This document shows, in pieces, positions 51,419-64,000 of a DNA stretch of 64,000 nucleotides; within the stretch, counting starts at the first letter, position 1, and each line of letters starts with the position of its first letter. The translations under genes and the position numbers were made by a program. The DNA lies in NCBI GenBank assembly GCA_965644295.1, contig CBFFRP010000080.1:392431-456430 (forward strand). Direction: 5' to 3'. The stretch comes from Paraphysomonas bandaiensis (Eukaryota; Protista; Chrysophyceae). A model generated the notes under the pieces. The model saw only the letters and a program-made list of their open reading frames with translations. It did not search any database and was not told the DNA's origin.

Positions 51419-53456
51419 ACTGTCATCTTACTCATAATTCAGACCCAGCACATCCTCCACGAGCTCCATATCTACATGAGCATCCATGCTTTTGTCTGAT
51501 ATAACCGCATCATGCGGTAGATGATATCAGTAGAATATACTGCAATGACAGTGATACATACATACGGCACTGTACATGCATGTGCAGTACAGTCCAGCAC
51601 ATATATACATATATATACATTCAGGCAGATATACATGTACATGCTGTTGCTGTAACGAACAGTGCCTAGAAATCTAGAAAATGCCGAAAATCAGGACAAC
51701 AATTCTGAAAATTCTGTTTTTTAGATCAATGCGGAATGGCCACAGAGATGAAGGGAGAGGAGGCTGGACCTGGTCTCATGCATAAACATTCACATCAATG
51801 ATTATGAACTTTTGGTGGATGCAAGGGATGCTTTATATCTGACTCCTAAAACGAAACTAGAATCCACTTCATTCTCGATATCCATAGAATTAATACATTG
51901 CAGGCACTTGTCATGCACACGAAGCGTTGAGGTGTTTGTCGAGTATCTTTACTATCAATTGTCGTCTATCCGCCTACTGAGTTAAACACTTGCATTTCGG
52001 AATTCGCAAGCAGTGTGGTGTGATATACATACGAAGGGTGATGGATACATCTTTCACAACACCGTATATGTATACGAATCACGAGTATATCTACGCAAGC
52101 CATAAGTATATATGCAACGATCATGCGCCGAACACTCTAGTATGAGTTCTTACAGGATTTCGACTCTGTGGTTCAATGTAGGCACCGTTGCAGTGTCAAT
52201 TGCAGCATATGTGTGCATCGGTGTGGACGTGTCTGTACACTTGATAAGAATGTCGACACTTGCCTAATTATACAGCTCAATGCCTTGGCTATAGTTATCG
52301 TAGCTGGAAATCCGTATGGATAGGCAAAATATGTTGGTGTTATACATATACTAATCTGAGATTAAGGGAAGAATTCATGGTAGTTGACAACACATGAATA
52401 TATTAGTTATATAATGCGCAGCGCTTTATATTTATGGAACACAAATGATTGGTGGAGGGGGTGGATTGTATGCACTTTGCAGGCACGATATGTATATAGA
52501 TATATATGGTATATGTGCACTGCACACACATACCGCATGCCAGGTATACAGCAGTTATGATACCTCTAGACCACTTTCATCGTAGTGGATACTATCTGTA
52601 GGAGTAGGAGGTGACTGTGAGAGGTAACTGACTGATATTGGATGGAAACGTGTGCTATGGAGGGCATAAACATCACGTGTTGGTGACGCTACTTAAGCGA
52701 GTGCTGTGATGTGGTTCATGCTTATATGAAGTCCTACTCTCAGATATTGTGGCGGAGTTTGATACTTGATATAAGGCTTATTCATTGAGTATAATCAGAT
52801 ATGATATAGTTGTGCATGCATAACTGTCACTAGTTGATAAGGTATTACTTGTGGGGGTCGTCATATTGGGTAGTTATTGGAGGTGAGATTCGTATGTTGC
52901 TTCGATAGATTTGGAATGTTAACGATTGTAATGATAACGATGTCCAGGAATTTCTAATGCTATTCAATGCCTTTGCCATAGCTATCTTTGCCGGCTATAT
53001 GATAGATACTTAGGTCAATTTGGTTTGGATTAGCAGTGACATTTGTAGGTCATGGTATATAAAAATTCATAGCTACGACATTTGTATTTTGAGCATTATA
53101 TATATCGCTGTGAGATTGATACGCAGTGAGATTAATGAAATGAAAGAATGAAATATAACTCACAATGGCAATTTTGTATGGGTCCGTAAGCGAGTGTGTC
53201 AGTGTTTACTACTCCATGGTTCGATATAACATCTTCTACATTGGTAATGGGTGCATATGTTATATATCGGCATCATGTATGGTTTCATAATGCCAGTGAA
53301 TACTATTTCCACGGAGTTCTAATTACCCTAATTATAGCGTTCAATGCCTTTGCCATAGTTACCTTTTCTGGCTATATTATAGATGATTAGGACTAATTGG
53401 TTTGGATAGTTTTCATAAGAATCTGATTAATTAAGTCAGTAACAAGTACTTGATTG

Positions 53457-54255
53457 CAGGGATAGGGAACAATATATTGCAATACTATTGTTAGATAGCG
53501 TTCCATCAATAGTATTGATGGATTTTTTAAACCGGTCCTACAATACAATTACAATATATTGCAATATATTGTCAATGTATTGCGATATATTAGTTTGACT
53601 AATCAGTGGGTAAACACATCCGTAGATTTCATTTTTAGTATTAGTCATTAAGATCACATGACAACCAAACCAACTGCTGCTTATAGCTACTAAAAATCCA
53701 CCTCGTCCTCATCCTCTGAGCCATCATCGGTGAGGTCAACATCACCATATTCATCCACAGAATTAACTGAAATATGCTAGTATCCGGTCATAACTGTCGA
53801 ATAGCTTTCTAAAACAACAGCATATTAAGTAGGATGGATACTTTTGCGCAACACTGATATAATATGTTTAGCTGTGCTGAACAGACGTTCCCATGTATTG
53901 GAAGTACATACCAAGGCCAGGCAACCGTTAATGACTCGTGGATCTGTACGTTTCTTAATTTTTTGAGCTGACTGAAGATTTTTAGTCGCATAGTCAACAT
54001 CAGCTTCATTATCCTTTGTAATGTTGTAATCAATTTCTCGGTTATTTATATCCATTTTTCACGCTACAGTTGAGAATCTTCTCTTATATGACTATCATAA
54101 TATTGATTGCAATATATTGCAATAGTATTGTGAGCTCTTTTAGCAGAAACACTATTGATGGAATATTTGACCAGTCCACCAATCAATATATTTTACAATA
54201 TATTGCAATATATTGTACAATGTATTGCAATACAATATATTGTTCCCTATCCCTG
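53457..54255 (-). mobile_element. Non-autonomous hAT transposon (799 bp)
   Basis: TIR cagggatagggaacaatatattg; 8-bp TSD cttgattg; the empty site aagtacttgattgtcatg is seen in all other array units. Remnant CTSNTWERLFSTAKHIISVLRKSIHP. Confidence 0.93.
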
Positions 54256-54930
54256 CTTGATTGTCATGATATTGGCTATATTTTATAATGTGTATTAGAT
54301 ATATCCCTGTGAGATTGATACGCAATACAAAAATTATTAGCATGCTTCGGATAATATACATGTCTAACATAGTATTGCTCTAACATAAAACATCAGGACT
54401 TATAATTGTGTATTGCTGAATTCCACCAAGGGATTGCCCAAATCATCCCGTAGCTCGACCTGGATCAAAGCGATATCAATGAAACATTACTAAATCAGTA
54501 CCACGTCTTCTACAATAAGCTTATTCAGTAATACTTTTAACAGTACTACAGCATACAGTGAGTGCTATATTGATATTGTGGAACACTGACACACTGCATG
54601 TATGGATACTTGATACATCAATGAAAGAGCGATTTATGATTGTAGAGAATATTGAATAAATGATACCACTGTATTCTGTATTATATACCAATCGTGTTAT
54701 CTGATGCAAATTAAGGCTGTTATGCAATTGTATTCTCAATCAGTAGTATAGCTTCTGGCAGTAGCCAGCAGCATATATTATAAAATATAAATCAAACCAA
54801 GGTACTGGTAAATGTCGTTCAAATTACTAAAATGTCATATTACTTAAAATCAGATACTTCAACTAATCACTCGAGTTGATACAATGACTTATCGCTTGGA
54901 ATCGATTATGTACATATTTTCAACACTACT

Positions 54931-55224
54931 CTATTTCCCACTTTGTTCTTTATCATTTTCAGAATTCACAGCCTTTTCAGCAGATGCTGCTGTCTTAGCG
55001 GCCGTGTCTGCAACCGTATCGACTGTCTTTTGCGCTGTCTCAGCAGCACTCTGAGCAGTATCCTTCGCCTTATCAATATACTCCTGATTCTGGTCCTTCA
55101 GGTCCTCGGCTCTCTCCTCCTTCTCCATCTCGTCCTTATGCTGCTCAACCTTATCTGAGTATCCGCTGAATGCATTGGACACAGTCTCCTTTGCAGCGTT
55201 GTAGTGATCCTTTACAGTTTCCAT
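54931..55224 (-). CDS. LEA (group 3-like) hydrophilin, 97 aa, copy 1
   Basis: Very hydrophilic, A/E/K/T-rich, no Cys/Trp; 11-mer periodicity AKDTAQSAAET/AQKTVDTVADT/AAKTAASAEKA. Confidence 0.75.
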   Translation of the reverse strand: METVKDHYNAAKETVSNAFSGYSDKVEQHKDEMEKEERAEDLKDQNQEYIDKAKDTAQSAAETAQKTVDTVADTAAKTAASAEKAVNSENDKEQSGK

Positions 55225-56675
55225 CGTTTCTTATTAAGATGCGCTTTGATTATGAGGCTCGTTGAGTACACTTTGTATTGAATAACTTCACTCTATTGCG
55301 TTCAGATTGCAAATAATTATGATCTGGATGAGGAGAGTATCAAACTAGATCTCACATTCTTAGAAAATTCGACTAAACGTGGCGGCACTCGGAGTGCATC
55401 TTTCTGTAGTCGCCTTCAATGTCCACACTGTTCTGCAGAACGTCATCCGTAAAATACAGAATAGAATACATACAGTATATTGACAATACACCCGTGAACC
55501 TATTGATAGTAAGAGATGGTAATTGAACGTATATGATTGGTGGAGGGGAGGATGAGATGCTGTTGTGGGAGGTTTGTATGCTCTTTGACTTGCTTTGCAG
55601 GCTGGCCATAGCTATGGCTGGGTGTATACTACGATAGAGTGTATAGATATGCATGTACAGGAGGAGTAGCTAGTATATATATGCCCTGCACACACATACC
55701 ATGACAGGTGTACAGCAGTTATGATACCTCTAGACCACTTTCATCGTAGTGGATACTATCTGTAGGAGAAGGAGGTGACTGTGAGAGGTAACTGACTGAT
55801 ATTGGATGGAAAGATGTGCTATGGAGGGCATAAACATCACGTGTTGGTGACGCTACTTAAGCGAGTGCTGTGATGTGGTTCATGCTTATCTGAAGTCCTA
55901 CTCTCAGATATTGTGGCGGAGTTTGATACTTGATATAAGGCTTATTCATTGAGTATAATCAGATATGATATAGTTGTGCATGCATAACTGTCACTAGATG
56001 ATAAGGTATTACTTGTGGGGATCGTCATATTGGGTAGTTATTATGACTATTGATTCCATATAACTCACCATGGCACTTTTGTATGGGTCCGTAAGCGAGT
56101 GTGTCAGTGTTTACAACTCCATGGTTCGATATAACATCTGCTACAGTGGTAATGGATGCATATGTTATATATTGGCAACATGTATGGTTTCATAATGCCA
56201 GTGAATACTATTTCCACGGAGTTCTAATTGCCCTAATTATATCGTTCAATGCCTTTGCCATAGTTGCCTTTCATAAGATTAGGACAAATTGGTTTGGATT
56301 GTTTTCATATGAATCTGATTAATTAAGTCAGTAACAAGTACTTGATTGTCATGGTGTTGGCTGTATTGCAGAATCTATCATTGTGGCAGAATTATGATGA
56401 GCGGAGTTCATGGTAGATAACAATTCATAGCAACGACATTTGTATTTTGAGTATTAGATATATCGCTGTGAGATTGACATGCAATCAAAAATTATTAGCA
56501 TGCTTCGGATAATATACATGTCTAGCATAGTATTGCTCTAACATAAAACATAAGGACTTATAATTGTGTATTGCTGAATTCCACCAAGGGATTGCCCAAA
56601 TCATCCCGTAGCTCGACCTGGATCAAAGCGATATCAATGAAATATTACTAAGTCAGTACCACGTCTTCTACAATA

Positions 56676-57536
56676 TAGTTATATTTAACCACGGGCAATA
56701 AGGAGGCTATATCGTCCCGCGCTCAAAATTTTGAAACGAGGGCGAAAAGCCCGAGTTTTAAAATTTAGACAAGGGACGATACTCCTTATCCCTAGGTTAA
56801 ATTGTAGCTTATCCTCATGACGTTGAAAAGTTAATATTAGATTGTATAGCTATTTGTAGCATGCTTGCTGTATTAAGAAATAGATGTTCCTTGATTAACA
56901 TGAATAACACAAATAAGAACTCCTATAGTTTCAAATGAATGATATGTATACTGTAAGTGTGATAATAAATGTAAACAGTTGACGATGAAAGAGAGGCTTC
57001 TTATTGCCTTACTTAGCATCATCATCACATTTATATACAGCAGGCTTTACCTCTGCAAGTGTACCTTATCGAAGGATGTGTGTATGATATGAGACACACA
57101 ATATCCTGGGAAGCACGATATGGCTCCAAACCTGAAAGAACTGGGTGCCACTGCTCCTAACCACCTATATAGCATCAGATATGGTACTTAAACTCTCCTG
57201 TAATATTCTTGAAGTTGTTTCGAAGTCCTGGATATGAAGACAGATCACTTGCACTGACATCGTTGTGATCTTCTACAGCAGTCGAAGGATGGAATATAAC
57301 CTGGAGTGTTAGATGATCTGCTTTTGGTATTTGGCTCATGATTGTGGTTTCTCTATAATTGTGTACTATAATGAAATCACGTACATTCGACTGTCATTAT
57401 CATAATGAAGATAGAAGTGAGCTTCTGTTCAACCGAATATTGAAGTTGAATGTCTATATCTGCCCGGTGCTGATATGAGCGCCCTGTTGAGCCCAAATCA
57501 GGTCAAAAAAAAGCATTTTTTGAGACAAAATGGGGA
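56676..57536. mobile_element. 861-bp TIR-less element with long terminal hairpin and vestigial tyrosine-recombinase motif (Crypton-like)
   Basis: Absent from the other array units (empty site ttctacaataagctt). ~120-nt hairpin at ~56683-56802. Minus strand 57115-57150 reads GTHSFRFGAIS after removing one base. Confidence 0.75.
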
Positions 57537-57935
57537 TAAGCTTATTCAGTAATACTTTTAACAGTGCTACAGCATACAGTGAGTGGAACACTGACACACT
57601 GCATGTATGGATACTTGATACATCAATGAAAGAGCGATTTATGATTGTAGAGAATATTGAATAAATGATACCACTGTATTCTGTATTATATACCAATCGT
57701 GTTATCTGATGCAAATTAAGGCTGTTATGCAATTGTATTCTCAATCAGTAGTATAGCTTCTGGCAGTAGCCAGCAGCATATATTATAAAATATAAATCAA
57801 ACCAAGGTACTGGTAAATGTCGTTCACATTACTAAAATGTCATATTACTTAAAATCAGATACTTCAACTAATCACTCGAGTTGATACAATGACTTATCGC
57901 TTGGAATCGATTATGTACATATTTTCAACACTACT

Positions 57936-58229
57936 CTATTTCCCACTTTGTTCTTTATCATTTTCAGAATTCACAGCCTTTTCAGCAGATGCTGCTGTCT
58001 TAGCGGCCGTGTCTGCAACCGTATCGACTGTCTTTTGCGCTGTCTCAGCAGCACTCTGAGCAGTATCCTTCGCCTTATCAATATACTCCTGATTCTGGTC
58101 CTTCAGCTCCTCGGCTCTCTCCTCCTTCTCCCTCTCGTCCTTATGCTGCTCAACCTTATCTGAGTATCCGCTGAATGCATTGGACACAGTCTCCTTTGCA
58201 GCGTTGTAGTGATCCTTTACAGTTTCCAT
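57936..58229 (-). CDS. LEA-like protein, copy 2
   Basis: Same ORF as copy 1 with 2 aa differences. Confidence 0.75.
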   Translation of the reverse strand: METVKDHYNAAKETVSNAFSGYSDKVEQHKDEREKEERAEELKDQNQEYIDKAKDTAQSAAETAQKTVDTVADTAAKTAASAEKAVNSENDKEQSGK

Positions 58230-60093
58230 CGTTTCTTATTAAGATGCGCTTTGATTATGAGGCTCGTTGAGTACACTTTGTATTGAATAACTTCACTCTA
58301 TTGCGTTCAGATTGCAAATAATTATGATCTGGATGAGGAGAGTATCAAACTAGATCTCACATTCTTAGAAAATTCGACTAAACGTGGCGGCACTCGGAGT
58401 GCATCTTTCTGTAGTCGCCTTCAATGTCCACACTGTTCTGCAGAACGTCATCCGTAAAATACAGAATAGAATACATACAGTATATTGACAATACACCCGT
58501 GAACCTATTGATAGTAAGAGATGGTAATTGAACGTATATGATTGGTGGAGGGGAGGATGAGATGCTGTTGTGGGAGGTTTGTATGCTCTTTGACTTGCTT
58601 TGCAGGCTGGCCATAGCTATGGCTGGGTGTATACTACGATAGAGTGTATAGATATGCATGTACAGGAGGAGTAGCTAGTATATATATGCCCTGCACACAC
58701 ATACCATGACAGGTGTACAGCAGTTATGATACCTCTAGACCACTTTCATCGTAGTGGATACTATCTGTAGGAGTAGGAGGTGACTGTGAGAGGTAACTGA
58801 CTGATATTGGATGGAAAGGTGTGCTATGGAGGGCATAAACATCACGTGTTGGTGACGCTACTTAAGCGAGTGCTGTGATGTGGTTCATGCTTATCTGAAG
58901 TCCTACTCTCAGATATTGTGGCGGAGTTTGATACTTGATATAAGGCTTATTCATTGAGTATAATCAGATATGATATAGTTGTGCATGCATAACTGCCACT
59001 AGATGATAAGGTATTACTTGTGGGGGTCGTCATATTGGGTAGTTATTATGACTATTGATTCCATATAACTCACCATGGCACTTTTGTATGAGTCCGTAAG
59101 CGAGTGTGTCAGTGTTTACAACTCCATGGTTCGGTATAACATCTGCTACAGTGGTAATGGATGCATATGTTATATATTGGCAACATGTATGGTTTCATAA
59201 TGCCAGTGAATACTATTTCCACGGAGTTCTAATTGCCCTAATTATATCGTTCAATGCCTTTGCCATAGTTGCCTTTCATAAGATTAGGACAAATTGGTTT
59301 GGATTGTTTTCATATGAATCTGATTAATTAAGTCAGTAACAAGTACTTGATTGTCATGATGTTGGCTGTATTGCAGAATCTATCATTGTGGCAGAATTAT
59401 GATGAGCGGAGTTCATGGTAGATAACAATTCATAGCAACGACATTTGTATTTTGAGTATTAGATATATCGTTGTGAGATTGACATGCAGTCAAAAATTAT
59501 TAGCATGCTTCGGATAATATACATGTCTAGCATAGTATTGCTCTAACATAAAACATCAGGACTTATAATTGTGTATTGCTGAATTCCACCAAGGGATTGC
59601 CCAAATCATCCCGTAGCTCGACCTGGATCAAAGCGATATCAATGAAACATTACTAAATCAGTACCACGTCTTCTACAATAAGCTTATTCAGTAATACTTT
59701 TAACAGTACTACAGCATACAGTGAGTGCTATATTGATATTGTGGAACACTGACACACTGCATGTATGGATACTTGATACATCAATGAAAGAGCGATTTAT
59801 GATTGTAGAGAATATTGAATAAATGATACTACTGTATTCTGTATTATATACCAATCGTGTTATCTGATGCAAATTAAGGCTGTTATGCAATTGTATTCTC
59901 AATCAGTAGTATAGCTTCTGGCAGAGGCCAGCAGCATATATTATAAAATATAAATCAAACCAAGGTACTGGTAAATGTCGTTCACATTACTAAAATGTCA
60001 TATTACTTAAAATCAGATACTTCAACTAATCACTCGAGTTGATACAATGACTTATCGCTTGGAATCGATTATGTACATATTTTCAACACTACT

Positions 60094-60387
60094 CTATTTC
60101 CCACTTTGTTCTTTATCATTTTCAGAATTCACAGCCTTTTCAGCAGATGCTGCTGTCTTAGCGGCCGTGTCTGCAACCGTATCGACTGTCTTTTGCGCTG
60201 TCTCAGCAGCACTCTGAGCAGTATCCTTCGCCTTATCAATATACTCCTGATTCTGGTCCTTCAGCTCCTCGGCTCTCTCCTCCTTCTCCCTCTCGTCCTT
60301 ATGCTGCTCAACCTTATCTGAGTATCCGCTGAATGCATTGGACACAGTCTCCTTTGCAGCGTTGTAGTGATCCTTTACAGTTTCCAT
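60094..60387 (-). CDS. LEA-like protein, copy 3
   Basis: Protein identical to copy 2. Confidence 0.75.
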   Translation of the reverse strand: METVKDHYNAAKETVSNAFSGYSDKVEQHKDEREKEERAEELKDQNQEYIDKAKDTAQSAAETAQKTVDTVADTAAKTAASAEKAVNSENDKEQSGK

Positions 60388-62243
60388 CGTTTCTTATTAA
60401 GATGCGCTTTGATTATGAGGCTCGTTGAGTACACTTTGTATTGAATAACTTCACTCTATTGCGTTCAGATTGCAAATAATTATGATCTGGATGAGGAGAG
60501 TATCAAACTAGATCTCACATTCTTAGAAAATTCGACTAAACGTGGCGGCACTCGGAGTGCATCTTTCTGTAGTCGCCTTCAATGTCCACACTGTTCTGCA
60601 GAACGTCATCCGTAAAATACAGAATAGAATACATACAGTATATTGACAATACACCCGTGAACCTATTGATAGTAAGAGATGGTAATTGAACGTATATGAT
60701 TGGTGGAGGGGAGGATGAGATGCTGTTGTGGGAGGTTTGTATGCTCTTTGACTTGCTTTGCAGGCTGGCCATAGCTATGGCTGGGTGTATACTACGATAG
60801 AGTGTATAGATATGCATGTACAGGAGGAGTAGCTAGTATATATATGCCCTGCACACACATACCATGACAGGTGTACAGCAGTTATGATACCTCTAGACCA
60901 CTTTCATCGTAGTGGATACTATCTGTAGGAGTAGGAGGTGACTGTGAGAGGTAACTGACTGATATTGGATGGAAAGGTGTGCTATGGAGGGCATAAACAT
61001 CACGTGTTGGTGACGCTACTTAAGCGAGTGCTGTGATGTGGTTCATGCTTATCTGAAGTCCTACTCTCAGATATTGTGGCGGAGTTTGATACTTGATATA
61101 AGGCTTATTCATTGAGTATAATCAGATATGATATAGTTGTGCATGCATAACATGCCACTAGATGATAATGTAATACTTGTGGGGATCGTCATATTGGGTA
61201 GTTATTATGACTATTGATTCCATATAACTCACAATGGCAATTTTGTATGAGTCCGTAAGCGAGTGTGTCAGTGTTTACAACTCCATGGTTCGATATAACA
61301 TCTGCTACATTGGTAATGGATGCATATGTTATATATTGGCAACATGTATGGTTTCATAATGCCAGTGAATACTATTTCCACGGAGTTCTAATTGCCCTAA
61401 TTATATCGTTCAATGCCTTTGCCATAGTTGCCTTTCATAAGATTAGGACAAATTGGTTTGGATTGTTTTCATATGAATCTGATTAATTAAGTCAGTAACA
61501 AGTACTTGATTGTCATGATGTTGGCTATACTGCAGAATCTATCATTGTGACAGAATTATGATGAGCGGAGTTCATGGTAGATAACAATTCATAGCAACGA
61601 CATTTGTATTTTGAGTATTACATATATCGCTGTGAGATTGTCAAAATTATTCGCATGCTTCGGATAATATACATGTCTAGCATAGTATTGCTCTAACATA
61701 AAACATAATGACTTATAATTGTGTATTGCTGAATTCCACCAAGGGATTGCCCAAATCATCCCGTAGCTCGACCTGGATCAAAGCGATATCAATGAAACAT
61801 TACTAAATCAGTACCACGTCTTCTACAATAAGCTTATTCAGTAATACTTTTAACAGTACTACAGCATACAGTGAGTGCTATATTGATATTGTGGAACACT
61901 GACACACTGCATGTATGGATACTTGATACATCAATGAAAGAGCGATTTATGATTGTAGAGAATATTGAATAAATGATACTACTGTATTCTGTATTATATA
62001 CCAATCGTGTTATCTGATGCAAATTAAGGCTGTTATGCAATTGTATTCTCAATCAGTAGTATAGCTTCTGGCAGAGGCCAGCAGCATATATTATAAAATA
62101 TAAATCAAACCAAGGTACTGGTAAATGTCGTTCACATTACTAAAATGTCATATTACTTAAAATCAGATACTTCAACTAATCACTCGAGTTGATACAATGA
62201 CTTATCGCTTGGAATCGATTATGTACATATTTTCAACACTACT

Positions 62244-62537
62244 CTATTTCCCACTTTGTTCTTTATCATTTTCAGAATTCACAGCCTTTTCAGCAGATGC
62301 TGCTGTCTTAGCGGCCGTGTCTGCAACCGTATCGACTGTCTTTTGCGCTGTCTCAGCAGCACTCTGAGCAGTATCCTTCGCCTTATCAATATACTCCTGA
62401 TTCTGGTCCTTCAGCTCCTCGGCTCTCTCCTCCTTCTCCCTCTCGTCCTTATGCTGCTCAACCTTATCTGAGTATCCGCTGAATGCATTGGACACAGTCT
62501 CCTTTGCAGCGTTGTAGTGATCCTTTACAGTTTCCAT
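62244..62537 (-). CDS. LEA-like protein, copy 4
   Basis: Protein identical to copy 2. Confidence 0.75.
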   Translation of the reverse strand: METVKDHYNAAKETVSNAFSGYSDKVEQHKDEREKEERAEELKDQNQEYIDKAKDTAQSAAETAQKTVDTVADTAAKTAASAEKAVNSENDKEQSGK

Positions 62538-64000
62538 CGTTTCTTATTAAGATGCGCTTTGATTATGAGGCTCGTTGAGTACACTTTGTATTGAATAACT
62601 TCACTCTATTGCGTTCAGATTGCAAATAATTATGATCTGGATGAGGAGAGTATCAAACTAGATCTCACATTCTTAGAAAATTCGACTAAACGTGGCGGCA
62701 CTCGGAGTGCATCTTTCTGTAGTCGCCTTCAATGTCCACACTGTTCTGCAGAACGTCATCCGTAAAATACAGAATAGAATACATACAGTATATTGACAAT
62801 ACACCCGTGAACCTATTGATAGTAAGAGATGGTAATTGAACGTATATGATTGGTGGAGGGGAGGATGAGATGCTGTTGTGGGAGGTTTGTATGCTCTTTG
62901 ACTTGCTTTGCAGGCTGGCCATAGCTATGGCTGGGTGTATACTACGATAGAGTGTATAGATATGCATGTACAGGAGGAGTAGCTAGTATATATATGCCCT
63001 GCACACACATACCATGACAGGTGTACAGCAGTTATGATACCTCTAGACCACTTTCATCGTAGTGGATACTATCTGTAGGAGTAGGAGGTGACTGTGAGAG
63101 GTAACTGACTGATATTGGATGGAAAGGTGTGCTATGGAGGGCATAAACATCACGTGTTGGTGACGCTACTTAAGCGAGTGCTGTGATGTGGTTCATGCTT
63201 ATCTGAAGTCCTACTCTCAGATATTGTGGCGGAGTTTGATACTTGATATAAGGCTTATTCATTGAGTATAATCAGATATGATATAGTTGTGCATGCATAA
63301 CATCCACTAGATGATAATGTATTACTTGTGGGGATCGTCATATTGGGTAGTTATTATGACTATTGATTCCATATAACTCACAATGGCAATTTTGTATGAG
63401 TCCGTAAGCGAGTGTGTCAGTGTTTACAACTCCATGGTTCGATATAACATCTGCTACATTGGTAATGGATGCATATGTTATATATTGGCAACATGTATGG
63501 TTTCATAATGCCAGTGAATACTATTTCCACGGAGTTCTAATTGCCCTAATTATATCGTTCAATGCCTTTGCCATAGTTGCCTTTCATAAGATTAGGACAA
63601 ATTGGTTTGGATTGTTTTCATATGAATCTGATTAATTAAGTCAGTAACAAGTACTTGATTGTCATGATGTTGGCTATACTGCAGAATCTATCATTGTGAC
63701 AGAATTATGATGAGCGGAGTTCATGGTAGATAACAATTCATAGCAACGACATTTGTATTTTGAGTATTACATATATCGCTGTGAGATTGTCAAAATTATT
63801 CGCATGCTTCGGATAATATACATGTCTAGCATAGTATTGCTCTAACATAAAACATAATGACTTATAATTGTGTATTGCTGAATTCCACCAAGGGATTGCC
63901 CGAATCATCCCGTAGCTCGACCTGGATCAAAGCGATATCAATGAAACATTACTAAATCAGTACCACGTCTTCTACAATAAGCTTATTCAGTAATACTTTT

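Larger units (their letters stand above)
52480..64000. repeat. Tandem segmental array of ~2150-2158-bp units, each with a LEA-like gene; continues past the window end
   Basis: LEA starts at 55224, 58229, 60387 and 62537. The 3005-bp first spacing is explained by an 861-bp insertion plus TA and a 16-bp deletion. The leading unit (52480-54400) is more diverged. Confidence 0.97.

Noticed and set aside
55373-55654. 93-aa minus ORF (MHIYTLYRS...) and 72-aa MRIQLHNS... ORF repeated in each 2.15-kb unit
   Set aside because: Conserved only because the units are recent duplicates. Composition is not protein-like, and one copy of the 72-aa ORF is frameshifted.

Overview
Gene-dense eukaryotic nuclear DNA with short GT-AG introns (about 45-130 bp). 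Protein style and transposon types suggest a stramenopile, possibly a chrysophyte-like protist (inference). Recognisable genes: clathrin heavy chain (5' part), an EF-hand protein, a nicolin-1-like protein, a GFA/CENP-V-domain::PYROXD2 fusion, CISD3/MiNT, an arylamine N-acetyltransferase, an SLC35F6-like transporter, proteasome RPN1, a degenerate (pseudo) hybrid histidine kinase, a WDR54-like protein, a bacterial-type ThrRS-domain/uridine kinase and a large EF-hand/coiled-coil/LRR protein. Repetitive content: (1) a 9.8-kb array of 21 near-identical 466/467-bp units (8097-17863), each with a GC-rich, strongly foldable core of unknown identity; (2) an array of more than 11 kb made of ~2.15-kb units, each carrying a LEA-like gene, running off the right edge; (3) two long (TACA)n tracts, each between a divergent gene pair; (4) nested mobile elements: 5'-truncated non-LTR retroelement remnants and a SINE-like family sharing their 3' tail, several hAT elements with 8-bp TSDs, and a TIR-less hairpin element with a vestigial tyrosine-recombinase motif (Crypton-like). 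The best candidates for something undescribed are the structured 467-bp array, the LINE/SINE pair with a non-tRNA structured head, and the GFA-PYROXD2 fusion. None of these can be proven from sequence alone.
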